In this document: piece after piece, positions 10,304-20,625 of the stretch
How the letters are laid out: every line of letters starts with the position of its first letter
How positions within the stretch are numbered: the first letter of the stretch is position 1
Assembly (NCBI GenBank): GCA_963742735.1
Contig: CAVUMN010000004.1
Span: 448,001 to 512,000, forward strand
Source of the DNA: an uncultured Actinomycetes bacterium
GTDB taxonomy: Bacteria > Actinomycetota > UBA4738 > JBBDTT01
DNA: 64,000 nt
Direction: 5' to 3'
Position numbers and translations under genes: made by a program
The notes under the pieces: model-generated
The model's input: only the letters and a program-made list of their open reading frames with translations
Told to the model about the DNA's origin: nothing
The model's database searches: none

Positions 10304-10447
10304 TCATGCGTCCGGCTCGCGCGGCGCTCGCTCGCGGCGTAGCAGCCTCCAGGCCCCGTAGGAGACCGCGGCGGCCGCCACCGCGAGGGCCCCCAGCGCG
10401 GAGAGCAGGAACGCGATCGGGATCTCGGCCAGCATCCCGCCGGTCAC
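10304..10447 (-). CDS. Small (47 aa) single-TM protein, not in ORF track
   Basis: GTG overlaps the thyX stop (GTGA). (M)TGGMLAEIPIAFLLSALGALAVAAAAVSYGAWRLLRRERAPREPDA. Confidence 0.6.
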   Translation of the reverse strand: MTGGMLAEIPIAFLLSALGALAVAAAAVSYGAWRLLRRERAPREPDA

Positions 10448-12086
10448 GACGCCGGCCCGGCCTCGGCGGGCCCCGCGGACGCCTGCCGCCGGGTCTCGGT
10501 GCGGCGCTCGGCCTCCAGCCGCTCCAGTGCCACCGAGGAGTGGTCCGCGAACTTCATCGCCGCGGCGAGGGCCCGGTGCCCGGCCACGTTCGCGATCAGC
10601 CGGTGCATCTGCTGGCCGACCCGGCGGTACGACGGGTGGCCCTGGGGGGTGGTTCGCAGCTCGATGAGGTGCATGGCCTCGCGGGCGTTCATCTGCATGG
10701 CGAATCGGATCCGGTAGGCCATCGGCACCGCGTACTGAGCGAGGTCCGGGAACCCCCGTCGCGGATCGCGCCGGCGAGCGAGGCGCCCTCGGCCATGGTG
10801 CGCGTCCAGTCCTGGAGCAGGCCGGCCTCCTCGACCTCGGGGGGGATGTCGTAGCCCTGGTCGGGGGTGAGCCGCTGCCACTGGATCGTGAGCGGGCGGT
10901 GCCGCTGCAGGTCCCGGAAAGCGCCGTAGTCGCACAGGACGTCGAACCGGTAGTCCGACCGCTCGAAGCCTCGTCCCGGCTTGTGCCGGCGGTTCGTGCG
11001 ATCCCCGATCGCGGCGCGAAGGACCGACAGCCGGTCCTCGGCGCCCATCGCCTGGGCCTCGGCCAGCAGGACGGCGTCGGGCAGGTCGGAGTGCTCGTAC
11101 AGGCACGCCGCCACGACCTTCACCTCGCCGTCGGGGTCGAAGTCCGTCAGCTCCACCTCGGGCCCGGCGGCCTCGGCCCGGGCGCCGCCCACCAGGGCCT
11201 CGGCGCGGTCCGACAGTGCGCCGCGCGTGCCCGCCAGGTACCACGACCACTCCCGGCCGCGGCCGGGCATGTCGACGCGCGTGAGGAAGGCGGGGATCAC
11301 CTTGCGGAGCTCCGTCAGCATCATGTCCGCGTACTCGCGGACCTCCTCCAGGGGGTGGGCCCGCATGCGCAGCAGGAGCTGCTCGTAGGACTGCCCCGTC
11401 GCGAAGATCCCCACGTTGCTGGTCGTCGCCGCGGGCAGCAGCCCGCGAAGCGTGTCGCACGCCTTGGCCCGGATCGTCATCCGGTACACGAAGTCCGAGT
11501 CGGCGGCATCCTGCGGGAACCGCTCGCGAAAGAACTCCTGGAGGGGCTCGAGCCATCGGGCGTACGTCTCGAACGCGGTGTCCAGCGTGGCGGCGTAGAC
11601 CTCCGCGTCGGCCCCCTCGAGCTCCGGCGGGACCACGTACCGCCACCGCCCGCCCGGACGGTCGTCGTACGGAACGTAGCGCGTGGACTGCTCCAGGTAG
11701 GCGGCCAGGCGGCCGCGCTCCAGCACCTTCGCGAGCAGCTGAGAGGACTGCTCGCATGCCAGGTGGGCGCCGCCCAGCTGGGCGACGGAGTCGTCGCCGT
11801 ACTCCAGGAAGATCCGCTCGTAGAGCTCCTCCGCCCGCTCCGAGCCGGTCTCGGCTCCGGCCTCGGCCGCGACCGCCTCGGCCTGGCCGGCGAACTCGTC
11901 CAGAAACAGCCGCCGGAGCGACTTGGGCGACCGCGAGTAGCGCGCGAAGAGCGCGCCCTTGACCGTTTCCGGGAGGTTGACCAGGGCGAAGACCGGGCCG
12001 TCCAGGTTGCTGAAGTGCGGCGCGAGGATCTCGCGCTCCTGGTCGGTGAACGTCTCCTGCACGTAGTCGATCACGGCGCCCGCCAT
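10444..12086 (-). CDS. thyX: Tandem-domain FAD-dependent thymidylate synthase ThyX, with one frameshift near 10755
   Basis: N-half has YGDDSVAQL and LEQSTRY. C-half has FRDLQRHR and, in a shifted frame, MNAREAMHLIELRTTPQGHPSYR. Total length is one base short of a codon multiple, at a G5 run (plus-strand C5 at 10753-10757). Confidence 0.85.
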
Positions 12087-12109
12087 GGTACTGGGCGCCA
12101 CCGGCCCGG

Positions 12110-13795
12110 CTACGGCGGGGGGCTCTCGGTCGGGGACTCCGTGGGCGTGGGGGACTCGTCCTGGCTCTGGATCGTGATGTTGACCGCCGTGCCGGGAGGG
12201 ACCTCGTTGCCGGGGCCCGGGTCCTGGGTGCACACGGTCCCGGGGCTCTGCGGCGGGATGCAGAAGGCCTCGGTGATGCTGCCGAGCGCCAGGCCCTCCC
12301 CCTCCAGGGTCGCCCGGGCCTGGTCGACCGTCATGCCGGTGAGGTCGGGGACCTCCGCGGTCTCCGCGCCCTGAGACACGGTGAGCTGCACGGAGGAGCC
12401 CTCGTCCCGCTTCGCGCCCGGCGGGGGATCCTGCTCGAAGACGATGCCCTCCTCGAACTCGTCGTTGAACTGCCGGTCGACGAACACCACGAACCCGAGG
12501 TCCTCGAGCTGCTCCCGGGCCTCGTCCACGGGCAGGTCGATCACGCGCGGGACCAACACCTGCTGCGCCCCTCGCGAGATGGTCACCTCGAGCTTCGAGC
12601 CCTTGTCGACGAGGTCGCCCGGGCCGGGGTCCTGCTCCAGGACCGTTCCCCCCGGCCGGTCGCTGATCTCTCGGCCGACGATCTCCACGGTCAGGCCCTT
12701 GTCCTCGGCGAGCGTCCGGCAGGCGGAGATCGGCAGGCCCTCGCAGTTCGGCGCCGCCACCTGCGCCTCGGTCCCGAGGATGTTGGTGACCAGGAACCAC
12801 AGGCCGCCCCCGAGCAGGGCGAGCAGCAGGACCACGAGCGCCACGATCACGGCGGTGCGTCCGGGCCGGCGCTCCTCCTCGTCGCGCTGCGCGGGCATGA
12901 CCATCGTCTCCCGGGTTTGCCGCGTCACGACCTCGGTCGCGTCGGGCGGCAGGAGCGGCGTGGCCTCCACCGGCCGTCCCGCCAGGAACCGTGACACGTC
13001 GGCGCGCAGGTCCGCCGCGCTCGAGTAGCGGTTCTCCGGGTTCTTGGCCATCGCCTTGAGGACGATGCGCTCCAGGGGCTCGGAGACGTCACGGTTCAGC
13101 AGCGACGGCCGAACCGGCTCCTCGCGCACGTGCTTGTAGGCGACCGCCACCGGGCTCTCGCCCTCGAACGGGGGGCGGCCGGTCAGGATCTCGTAGAGCA
13201 CGACGCCCAGCGAGTACAGGTCGCTGCGAGCGTCGACCGTCTCCCCCTGAGCCTGCTCGGGGGAGAGGTAGGTGGCCGTCCCGAGGACCGTGGCCGTCTG
13301 GGTCAGCGACTCGCCCGCCGTGGCCCGGGCGATGCCGAAGTCCATGACCTTCACGTCGCCGGAGGGGGTGATCATGATGTTGCCGGGCTTGACGTCGCGG
13401 TGGACGATCCCCCGCTCGTGGGCGAAGGCCAGCGCGGAGGCGACGGCCTCCGCGATCTCCGCCGCGCGCTCGGGGAGCAGCGGCCCGTCGGCCAGGACGT
13501 CGCGCAGCGTCCGCCCCTCCACGAGCTCCATCACGATGTAGTGGGTGCCGTCATCCGAGCCGGTGTCGAAGACGTTGACGATGTTCGGGTGGTTCATCGC
13601 CGCCGCGGACTGGGCCTCCCGGCGGAACCGCTCGACGAAGGTCGCGTCGTTCGCGTAGCGGGGAGCGAGGACCTTGACGGCCACCGGCCGCCCCAAGACG
13701 GTGTCGATGGCCCGGTACACCGTGGCCATGCCGCCCTCGCCGAGGGTGTCCTCGATCTCGTAGCGGCCTCCCAGGGTTCGTTTGGCGGCGCTCAA
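12110..13795 (-). CDS. pknB: Stk1/PknB-family PASTA-domain Ser/Thr kinase
   Basis: LGEGGMATVY, HRDVKPGN, DFGIARA, TM helix, three PASTA-like repeats. TTG start overlaps the upstream stop. Confidence 0.93.
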   Translation of the reverse strand: MSAAKRTLGGRYEIEDTLGEGGMATVYRAIDTVLGRPVAVKVLAPRYANDATFVERFRREAQSAAAMNHPNIVNVFDTGSDDGTHYIVMELVEGRTLRDVLADGPLLPERAAEIAEAVASALAFAHERGIVHRDVKPGNIMITPSGDVKVMDFGIARATAGESLTQTATVLGTATYLSPEQAQGETVDARSDLYSLGVVLYEILTGRPPFEGESPVAVAYKHVREEPVRPSLLNRDVSEPLERIVLKAMAKNPENRYSSAADLRADVSRFLAGRPVEATPLLPPDATEVVTRQTRETMVMPAQRDEEERRPGRTAVIVALVVLLLALLGGGLWFLVTNILGTEAQVAAPNCEGLPISACRTLAEDKGLTVEIVGREISDRPGGTVLEQDPGPGDLVDKGSKLEVTISRGAQQVLVPRVIDLPVDEAREQLEDLGFVVFVDRQFNDEFEEGIVFEQDPPPGAKRDEGSSVQLTVSQGAETAEVPDLTGMTVDQARATLEGEGLALGSITEAFCIPPQSPGTVCTQDPGPGNEVPPGTAVNITIQSQDESPTPTESPTESPPP

Positions 13796-15243
13796 TCGTC
13801 GTCCTTGTCCTTGTCCTTGCCGTGACCGGGCTCCGCGAAGAACACGGTGACTTCGGTGCCTCGAGGCACCTCCTCGCCGGCGGCAGGATCGCTCCCCACG
13901 ATACCGGGCTCGCCCCGGACCTCGACGAACTCCTTGAAGGCCAGGCCCGCCTCGTGCAACAGAGCCAGGAGCTCCTCCTGGCTCTCGGCCCCGGTGACGT
14001 CGGGGACGGTCACCAGCTCGGGGCCCAAGGACAGGACCAGCGTGACCGTCGTGTCGCGGGCGACCAGCGTCCCCGCCTCGACGGACTGGCTGACGACGCG
14101 CCCCGTCTGGTGGGTGTCGTCGTGGGCCTCCGTGAACAGGAGCTGCAGGCCGGCGGCGCGGGCCGCGTCCTGGGCCGCCACGCGTCCCATGCCCTCGAAG
14201 CTGGGGACCTCGACGCGCGCCGGTGGCGAGGAGGCGCTGCGGACCACGGCGACGACCGCGCCGATCAGCGCCAGCGACAGGACGATCGGCACCAGCCACG
14301 GCCACGGGCCGCGTCCCCGGCGGTGGCCGGCCGCCCGGTGCGGCGGCGGGGGCGGCTCGATCGGCAGGACCGCCGTCGCGTCCCGGGGAATGGCGACGGT
14401 CGCCTCGGGCTCGGCCGGGGAGGGTGCGGCGCGCAGGTCGGCCGCCAGGCCGGCGGCCGAGGGCGGGCGCCGGGCCGGGTCCTTCTCGAGGCATCGGTCG
14501 ACGAGGGCCGCCAGGACCGGCGGGATGTCGGCGCGGACGTCGCGGACCGGACGAGGGGGCTGGCTGACGTGGGCCATCGCGGTGGCCACGGGCGTCTCCA
14601 GGTCGAACGGCGGCGCGCCGGTGAGCATCTCGTACAGCAGGATTCCCAGCGCGTAGACGTCCGAGGCCGGCGTGGCGCGCTCCCCCCGGGCCTGCTCGGG
14701 GGAGAGGTACCGGGCGGTGCCGACCACGGTGCCGGTCGCGGTGAGGTTCGCCGACATCGACGACGACGCGATGCCGAAGTCCATGACCTTCACCGGGCCC
14801 CGCGCGGAGAGCATCACGTTCGCCGGCTTGATGTCGCGGTGCACGACGTCCCCGGCGTGGGCCTCCGCCAGGGCGTCCGCCACGTGGGCGGCGATCTCCG
14901 CGGCCTCGGCGGGCGCCAGCGGGCCCGAACGGGCAAGCCGATCGGCCACCGTCTCGCCGTCGACGAGCTCCATCACGATGTACGGCCGGGAGCCCTCGTC
15001 GCCGTAGTCGAAGACCCCGGCCAGGTTGGGGTGCGACAGGCCGGCCGCGGCCCTGGCCTCGCGCCGGAACCGCTCGATGAAGCGCGGGTCGTCCGCGAGG
15101 CCCTCGTTGAGGATCTTGACCGCGACGCGGCGGCCGAGCGTCTCGTCCTCGGCCGCCCACACCGTGCCCATGCCGCCCGACGCGAGCTCCTCCCGCAGCC
15201 GGTACCGGCCCCCGAGGACGACGTCAACCTCGGGCCGATTCAT
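13792..15243 (-). CDS. pknA: Ser/Thr protein kinase in PknA position, with TM and two PASTA-like repeats
   Basis: LASGGMGTVW, HRDIKPAN, DFGIA, YLSPEQ, TM, then VEVPSFEG and VTVPDVTG repeats. Symbol assigned by synteny. Confidence 0.85.
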   Translation of the reverse strand: MNRPEVDVVLGGRYRLREELASGGMGTVWAAEDETLGRRVAVKILNEGLADDPRFIERFRREARAAAGLSHPNLAGVFDYGDEGSRPYIVMELVDGETVADRLARSGPLAPAEAAEIAAHVADALAEAHAGDVVHRDIKPANVMLSARGPVKVMDFGIASSSMSANLTATGTVVGTARYLSPEQARGERATPASDVYALGILLYEMLTGAPPFDLETPVATAMAHVSQPPRPVRDVRADIPPVLAALVDRCLEKDPARRPPSAAGLAADLRAAPSPAEPEATVAIPRDATAVLPIEPPPPPHRAAGHRRGRGPWPWLVPIVLSLALIGAVVAVVRSASSPPARVEVPSFEGMGRVAAQDAARAAGLQLLFTEAHDDTHQTGRVVSQSVEAGTLVARDTTVTLVLSLGPELVTVPDVTGAESQEELLALLHEAGLAFKEFVEVRGEPGIVGSDPAAGEEVPRGTEVTVFFAEPGHGKDKDKDDD

Positions 15244-16730
15244 GCCCCGGCCCCCAGCGCGGCCTGGATCACCGCCTTCGCGATCGGCGCCGCCACCGCT
15301 CCGCCCGTCGCCTCGTTGCCGAGGTCGCCGCCGTCGAGGACGACCACCGCCACCGCGATGCGTGGGCTCTCCGCGGGGGCGAACGAGACGAACCACGCGT
15401 GGGGAGCACGGTCCCCGCCCTGTTGGGCCGTCCCGGTCTTGCCAGCCACGGAGATCCCGGGGATCTGGGCGGCGGTCCCGGTCCCCGCCTCGACCACCGA
15501 GACCATCATCTGGGTCATCTGCTGGGCGCTCAGCTCGGAGAGCGCCTGACCGACCTCCTCGGGGCCGAAGGAGCGGACGATGCTGCCCGAAGCGTCGCGA
15601 ATCTCCAGGACGAACTGGGGGGCCATCAGCGTCCCCCCGTTACCGATCGCTCCGGCCACCAGCGCCATGTGCAGGGGGTTGGTCTTCACGCTGCCCTGTC
15701 CGATGGCGGAGTTGGCGACGTCGGCCACGCGGTCCTCGAAGTACTCGGGCGGCGGGATCGTCCCCTCCGCGAATTCGATCGACGAGGGGATGTCCTGGTT
15801 GAACCCGAAGCGCTCCGTCTGCGCGACCAGCCGCTCGGCCCCGAGCGTGTCACCGATCGCGGCGAAGGTGACGTTGCAGGAGATCTGCAGGGCCTGGGCA
15901 AGGGTGATCTTCGCCGCGCCGCCCAGACAGTGGCCGCCGCCGAAGTTCGGGATCGTGTTGTCGCTTTCCGGCAGGTCGAACACCAGCGGGTTGTCCCACA
16001 ACGAGTCGGGCCCGTAGCCGTTCTCCAGCGCGGCTGAGGCCGTGATCACCTTGAACGTCGAGCCCGGCGGAAACAGCTCCTGGGCGGCGTTCGAGATCAG
16101 GGGCTTCTGGCCGAACGTGTCGACGTCCAGTTGCTCGAACGCGGCCCGGGCCGCCGTCGCGTCGTGGGTGGCGAGCGGGTTGGGGTCGTAGGACGGGTTG
16201 GCCACCAGGGCCAGCACCTGGCCGGTCCGCGGGTCGATCGCCGCGACCGCCCCTCGCCGCGCGCCGAGGGCCTCGGCCGCGATCCGCTGGAGCCTGGGGG
16301 CGATCGTGGTCACCACCGCCGCGCCGCGGCGGTCCTCGCCCCGGACCTCGTCGATGAACCGCTGGGGCAGGAGCTCGTCGGCGCTGCCGGCCAGGTAGTC
16401 GTTGAAGGTCCGTTCGAGTCCCGAACGGCCCGAGACGATCGAGTAGAACCCGGTGATGTGGCCGTACAGCGAGCCGCCCGGATAGGTGCGCAGGTACTTG
16501 AACTCGTCGTCGGGGGTCGACAGCACGCTCCTGGCCAGGATCGTCTTGTCGTCCCGGGCGCGGATGTCGCCTCGGTGGACGTCGTACTCCGCGATCAGGA
16601 GCCGCTTGGCGTTCCCCGGGTGGTTGGCGAGCTCGTCGGCCGCGTAGACCTGGATGTAGTTGATCTGGACGAACAGGGCCAGGAACAGCACGAGCAGCGC
16701 CGCCCCGAGCCGCCGGATCTGACGGTCCAT
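15240..16730 (-). CDS. pbpA: Class B penicillin-binding protein PbpA
   Basis: PGSTFK (SxxK), SCN (SxN), GKTGTA (KTG). N-terminal TM; located between rodA and the kinases. Confidence 0.93.
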   Translation of the reverse strand: MDRQIRRLGAALLVLFLALFVQINYIQVYAADELANHPGNAKRLLIAEYDVHRGDIRARDDKTILARSVLSTPDDEFKYLRTYPGGSLYGHITGFYSIVSGRSGLERTFNDYLAGSADELLPQRFIDEVRGEDRRGAAVVTTIAPRLQRIAAEALGARRGAVAAIDPRTGQVLALVANPSYDPNPLATHDATAARAAFEQLDVDTFGQKPLISNAAQELFPPGSTFKVITASAALENGYGPDSLWDNPLVFDLPESDNTIPNFGGGHCLGGAAKITLAQALQISCNVTFAAIGDTLGAERLVAQTERFGFNQDIPSSIEFAEGTIPPPEYFEDRVADVANSAIGQGSVKTNPLHMALVAGAIGNGGTLMAPQFVLEIRDASGSIVRSFGPEEVGQALSELSAQQMTQMMVSVVEAGTGTAAQIPGISVAGKTGTAQQGGDRAPHAWFVSFAPAESPRIAVAVVVLDGGDLGNEATGGAVAAPIAKAVIQAALGAGA

Positions 16731-18055
16731 CAGGTCTTCGCCTCCGCGGGGGGCGTGGCGGCGGACACCCTGGCCAGCAGGGCCAGGAGCGCGAAGTTCG
16801 CCACCAGGCTGGAGCCGCCGTAGGACACGAAGGGCAGGGTGATCCCGGTGAGGGGGATCAGCCGCGTCACCCCGCCGACGATCACGAACGTCTGGACCGC
16901 GAGGCTCGTGGACAGGCCCACCGCCAACAGCTTGCCGAACCCGTCGTCGCGGCGGACCGCGGTGCGGAAGCCCCGGACGACCAGGGTGAGAAACAGCAGC
17001 AGCGTGGCGACGGTCCCCAGAAGCCCGAGCTCCTCCCCGATCGCGGAGAAGATGAAGTCGGTGAACGCGAACGGGATCAGGTACGGCGCGCCCTGTCCGA
17101 GGCCCGTGCCCAGGGTCCCCCCCGTCGCCAGCGCGAAGATCGACTGCGCCAGCTGGCTGGCTCCCTCCTCGGCCACCCGGGCCTGATCGAGGGCGTGCAG
17201 CCACAGGTCCACGCGGTCCTGGACGTGCGCGAACGCGAACCACCCCACCACCGCGCCGATCGCGAACAGCACGAGCCCGGCCACCAGGTACGTCCCCCGC
17301 GCGGTGGCCACGTAGAGCATGACCACGAAGATCGCGAAGAACAGCAGCGAGGAGCCCAGGTCCTTCTCGAGGAACAGGATGGCCAGCGACACCGCCCAGG
17401 CGACCAGCAGCGGCCCGAGATGCTTCGGCTCCGGCAGCTGGAAGGGGCCCAGCTTTCGCGTGGCGATGGCCAGCAGCTCCTTCTTCGCGTTCAGGTACGA
17501 GGCCAGGAAGATGACGATGAGGACCTTGCCGATCTCGGCCGGCTGGAAGCTGAGCGGGCCGATCTCGAACCACAGCCGTGCGCCGTTGATCGTGCGCCCC
17601 CCGATCGGCCCCACGCTGGGCATGATCGGCAGGAGCAGGAAGATGATCCCGAGCAGCCCGATCGTGTAGGTGAACTGGTCGAGGGACTGGTGCTCGCGGA
17701 CCACGGCAACCACCACGACGAACACGATCAGGCCGAGCGCGAGCCAGCCGGCCTGCTCAGCGGCCAGGTCCGCGTTGAGCCGGAAGATCACGGCGAACCC
17801 GATGCCGGCCAGGAGCCCGGCGGTGGGGAGCAGCACCGGGTCGGCGAGCGGCGCGTACCGTCGGAGCACCAGGTGCGCGGCGAGGTATCCAATCGCGAAC
17901 AGCAGCCCGTTCGCGAGCAGGGAGGGCGGGAAGGCTCCGTCGCGGCCGTAGCCGACCATGAGGTACGCCCCGATCGGCAGGAGGACCGCGAATACCAGCA
18001 GCCCGAGCTCCGCTCGGCGCATGGACCGCGCCTGGCGAAGGAGCCCCGCGTCCAT
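16730..18055 (-). CDS. rodA: FtsW/RodA/SpoVE family peptidoglycan glycosyltransferase
   Basis: Multi-TM; FQPAEIGK, EKDLG, TDFIFSAIGEELG, PLTGITLPFVSYGGSS. Confidence 0.94.
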   Translation of the reverse strand: MDAGLLRQARSMRRAELGLLVFAVLLPIGAYLMVGYGRDGAFPPSLLANGLLFAIGYLAAHLVLRRYAPLADPVLLPTAGLLAGIGFAVIFRLNADLAAEQAGWLALGLIVFVVVVAVVREHQSLDQFTYTIGLLGIIFLLLPIMPSVGPIGGRTINGARLWFEIGPLSFQPAEIGKVLIVIFLASYLNAKKELLAIATRKLGPFQLPEPKHLGPLLVAWAVSLAILFLEKDLGSSLLFFAIFVVMLYVATARGTYLVAGLVLFAIGAVVGWFAFAHVQDRVDLWLHALDQARVAEEGASQLAQSIFALATGGTLGTGLGQGAPYLIPFAFTDFIFSAIGEELGLLGTVATLLLFLTLVVRGFRTAVRRDDGFGKLLAVGLSTSLAVQTFVIVGGVTRLIPLTGITLPFVSYGGSSLVANFALLALLARVSAATPPAEAKT

Positions 18056-19314
18056 CAGCCGCTCCCGGCTGGAGAGGGGGTCCGGCTCGGGGTGGGCGTC
18101 GCGTCCGGTGGGGCGGGCGGGGGGTTCTCGCGCTCGATGTCCGCGCGGATCTGTTCGATCACGCGGTGTGCCTCGGCCTCGTCGGCGACGCCGATGCCCT
18201 CCTCGAGGCCGGCCCACGAGCCGAGCTCCTCCGCTCGGGCCGCGGAGATGTCGGTTTCCTCCGCCACCGAGGACAGGCGGATGCCGAGGGGCTCGTCGGG
18301 GAGGCCCTGGAAGATCGCCACCCGGCCCTCGTGGACGCCGACGTACCACATGGTGTCCAGCAGGAGCTTGGTCCCCACCCCGGCGGCCACCAGCACAAGC
18401 AGGAGGACGCCCACGCGAAGCGGCCAGCGCCGACGGCGGGAGCCTCTGTCCTCCGCCGACCCCGTCCAGTCCGCGTCCTTGCCCACGGGTTCGCCCGGCG
18501 GCAGGTCCTCCATCAGGGTGTCGTCCGCGCCGGGGGCCGTCTCGCCGGGCTCGCGTGGCTCGATGGGGGCGACGGCCGGAACCGCCGCCGTCGGGAGGCC
18601 GTCCGCGTCACCATCTCCCGCGAGATCCAGGACCACCGTCGTGATGTTGTCCTGCCCGCCGGCCTCGTTCGCCGCGGCGATCAGCGCCTCCGCAGCGGCC
18701 TGCGGGTCGGGTGTCTCGGCGAGGATCTCGGCGATGCGGTCCTCGCCGATCATCGACGTGAGCCCGTCGGTGCACAGCAGGATCCGGTCGCCCGGCCGAA
18801 GCTCGACGGTGAAGTCGTCGACGTCGACCTCCGCGTCCACGCCGAGCGCGCGGGTGAGGATGCTGCGCTGCGGGTGATGGTCTGCCTCGTCGCGGGTGAG
18901 CTTGCCTTCGCGGACCATCCGCTGCACGAGCGTGTGATCCTCGGTGATCATCGACAGCTCGCCGTCCCGGAACAGGTACGCCCGGGAGTCGCCGACGTGG
19001 GCCAGCCGGGCCTCCTCGCCTTCGAACCACAACGCGGTGAGGGTCGTGCCCATGCCCTCCAGCTCCGCGTCCTCGGACGCGTGCTGGTGCACGACCCGGT
19101 TCGCGGCGCGCACCCGGTCGGACAGGCTGTGGGCGTCCTCGTCCGGCGCGACCTCCGCCAGGGTCTCCAGGGCCATGTTGCTGGCGACCTCGCCCGCCCG
19201 ATGGCCCCCCATGCCGTCGGCCACCGCGAACAGTGGCTCCTTGGTCAGGTAGCCGTCCTCGTTGCCCTCGCGGGTCCGCCCGACGTCGGTGGAGGCCCCG
19301 ACCGTGACGTTCAC
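18055..19314 (-). CDS. pstP: PP2C-type Ser/Thr phosphatase Stp1/PstP with C-terminal TM
   Basis: GRTREGNED, VADGMGGH, HVGDSRAY, LCTDGL, GGQDNIT. GTG start overlaps the fhaB stop. Confidence 0.93.
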   Translation of the reverse strand: MNVTVGASTDVGRTREGNEDGYLTKEPLFAVADGMGGHRAGEVASNMALETLAEVAPDEDAHSLSDRVRAANRVVHQHASEDAELEGMGTTLTALWFEGEEARLAHVGDSRAYLFRDGELSMITEDHTLVQRMVREGKLTRDEADHHPQRSILTRALGVDAEVDVDDFTVELRPGDRILLCTDGLTSMIGEDRIAEILAETPDPQAAAEALIAAANEAGGQDNITTVVLDLAGDGDADGLPTAAVPAVAPIEPREPGETAPGADDTLMEDLPPGEPVGKDADWTGSAEDRGSRRRRWPLRVGVLLLVLVAAGVGTKLLLDTMWYVGVHEGRVAIFQGLPDEPLGIRLSSVAEETDISAARAEELGSWAGLEEGIGVADEAEAHRVIEQIRADIERENPPPAPPDATPTPSRTPSPAGSG

Positions 19315-19775
19315 TTGCGGAGCTCCAGGATCGCCTTGCCCACCTTGATCCGGTCGCCGGCACCGATCGGCGTCGGGCCGGTGACCTTCCGCCCGTTCAC
19401 GTAGGTCCCGTTGGTCGAGCCGAGGTCCTCGACGTGCCAGGCCCCGTTGCGCTCGGAGATCCGGGCGTGGAACTGGGAGGCGTACGTGTCGTCCAGGCGG
19501 ATCTGGCACGCCTCGGCGCGGCCGATCTGGATGGTTCCGTTCAGCCGGTGGGTGGCGGCCTTCTTGCCGTTCTCGTTCAGGACCACGATCGAACCCGCCT
19601 CGCGGGGCCGGCGCGTCCCCCTCCCGGGCTTCGCGGCGGGCGCCGCCTTGCCCCTCGACCTGGGTTCGGGCCGCCCCCGGACCTCGTCGATCCCCACGCG
19701 GATCGCTCGGTAGACGAAGAAGTAGAGCAGGGCCAGGAAGGCGATCTTCATGACCGTCAGCACGAACGGCGTCAC
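19311..19775 (-). CDS. fhaB: FHA domain protein FhaB/FipA
   Basis: N-terminal TM; IGRA, SQFHARI, DLGSTNGTYVNG. Confidence 0.9.
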   Translation of the reverse strand: MTPFVLTVMKIAFLALLYFFVYRAIRVGIDEVRGRPEPRSRGKAAPAAKPGRGTRRPREAGSIVVLNENGKKAATHRLNGTIQIGRAEACQIRLDDTYASQFHARISERNGAWHVEDLGSTNGTYVNGRKVTGPTPIGAGDRIKVGKAILELRK

Positions 19776-19782
19776 CGCTCGG

Positions 19783-20511
19783 TCAACCCCTGCGGAACTC
19801 GAGGACGGTGCGGCCGATCGTGATGCGGTCGCCCTCCTCGAGCTCCTGCTCGCCGATCGTGGACTCGTTGACCAGCGTGCCGTTCGTGGAGCCGAGGTCG
19901 GCCACCACCACGCGGCCGCCCTCCCGGCGGACCTCGGCGTGCTTCCGGCTCGCTCCCGGATCGGTCAGCACGATGTCGCATTCCGTCATGCGCCCGATCG
20001 TGATCGTGTCCTTGTCCAGTGGGTACGTGGTCAGGGGCTTTCCGTCCTCGAGCAGGACGAGCTCACCTCGGCCGGCGGGCACCGCGGCCATCTCGCCCGA
20101 GGCGGGGAGGTACGCGGTGTGCTCGCCGCTCTTGACGTCCTCGGCCTGGACCAGCTGGGCCTCGCATCGGAACTGGCCCCGTCCGAGCCCCGCATCGGTG
20201 TCGAACGTGACCTCCGGCGGGCCGAGCAGGCCCCAGCCCCGTTCGCGGGCGGCCTCGACCACGACGCCCTGGAGCTCCTTGGCGAGGGCTCCCTCGATCT
20301 GGGAGAAGTGCTCCCGGTCTTCCTCGGACAGCGTGAACACGTAGGAGTTCGGTACCCACACGTTGTTCACGCCCACCGTCCGCCCGGCCTCCATCTCGCG
20401 GACGATCCGCTTGCCGAGCTCGACGGGCTGCAGGCTGGACTTGAAGGCCTTCCCGAAGAAGCCCTCGACGATGTCTCCCAGGCGGCGCTCGAAGTTCCGA
20501 AGGTTCGGCAT
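19783..20511 (-). CDS. fhaA: DUF3662 + FHA domain protein FhaA
   Basis: FERRL..VEG.F..AFKSSLQPVE, VPN.Y; C-terminal IGR, SRKHAE, DLGSTNGT. Confidence 0.92.
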   Translation of the reverse strand: MPNLRNFERRLGDIVEGFFGKAFKSSLQPVELGKRIVREMEAGRTVGVNNVWVPNSYVFTLSEEDREHFSQIEGALAKELQGVVVEAARERGWGLLGPPEVTFDTDAGLGRGQFRCEAQLVQAEDVKSGEHTAYLPASGEMAAVPAGRGELVLLEDGKPLTTYPLDKDTITIGRMTECDIVLTDPGASRKHAEVRREGGRVVVADLGSTNGTLVNESTIGEQELEEGDRITIGRTVLEFRRG

Positions 20512-20625
20512 GGTTTGGGGTGGGTACCGGGGCGCCGCGGGGGAAGTGTAGCCCAGCGGCCCGAGCACCAAACCCTCGCCGCCGCTGGCCTCGCGGCGCA
20601 TTCCGTACAATCGATGGGCAACCCC

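Noticed and set aside
10750-10760. Programmed ribosomal frameshift in thyX
   Set aside because: No canonical slippery heptamer. A single-base loss in a homopolymer, with similar indels at 25564 and 34896, points to sequencing error.
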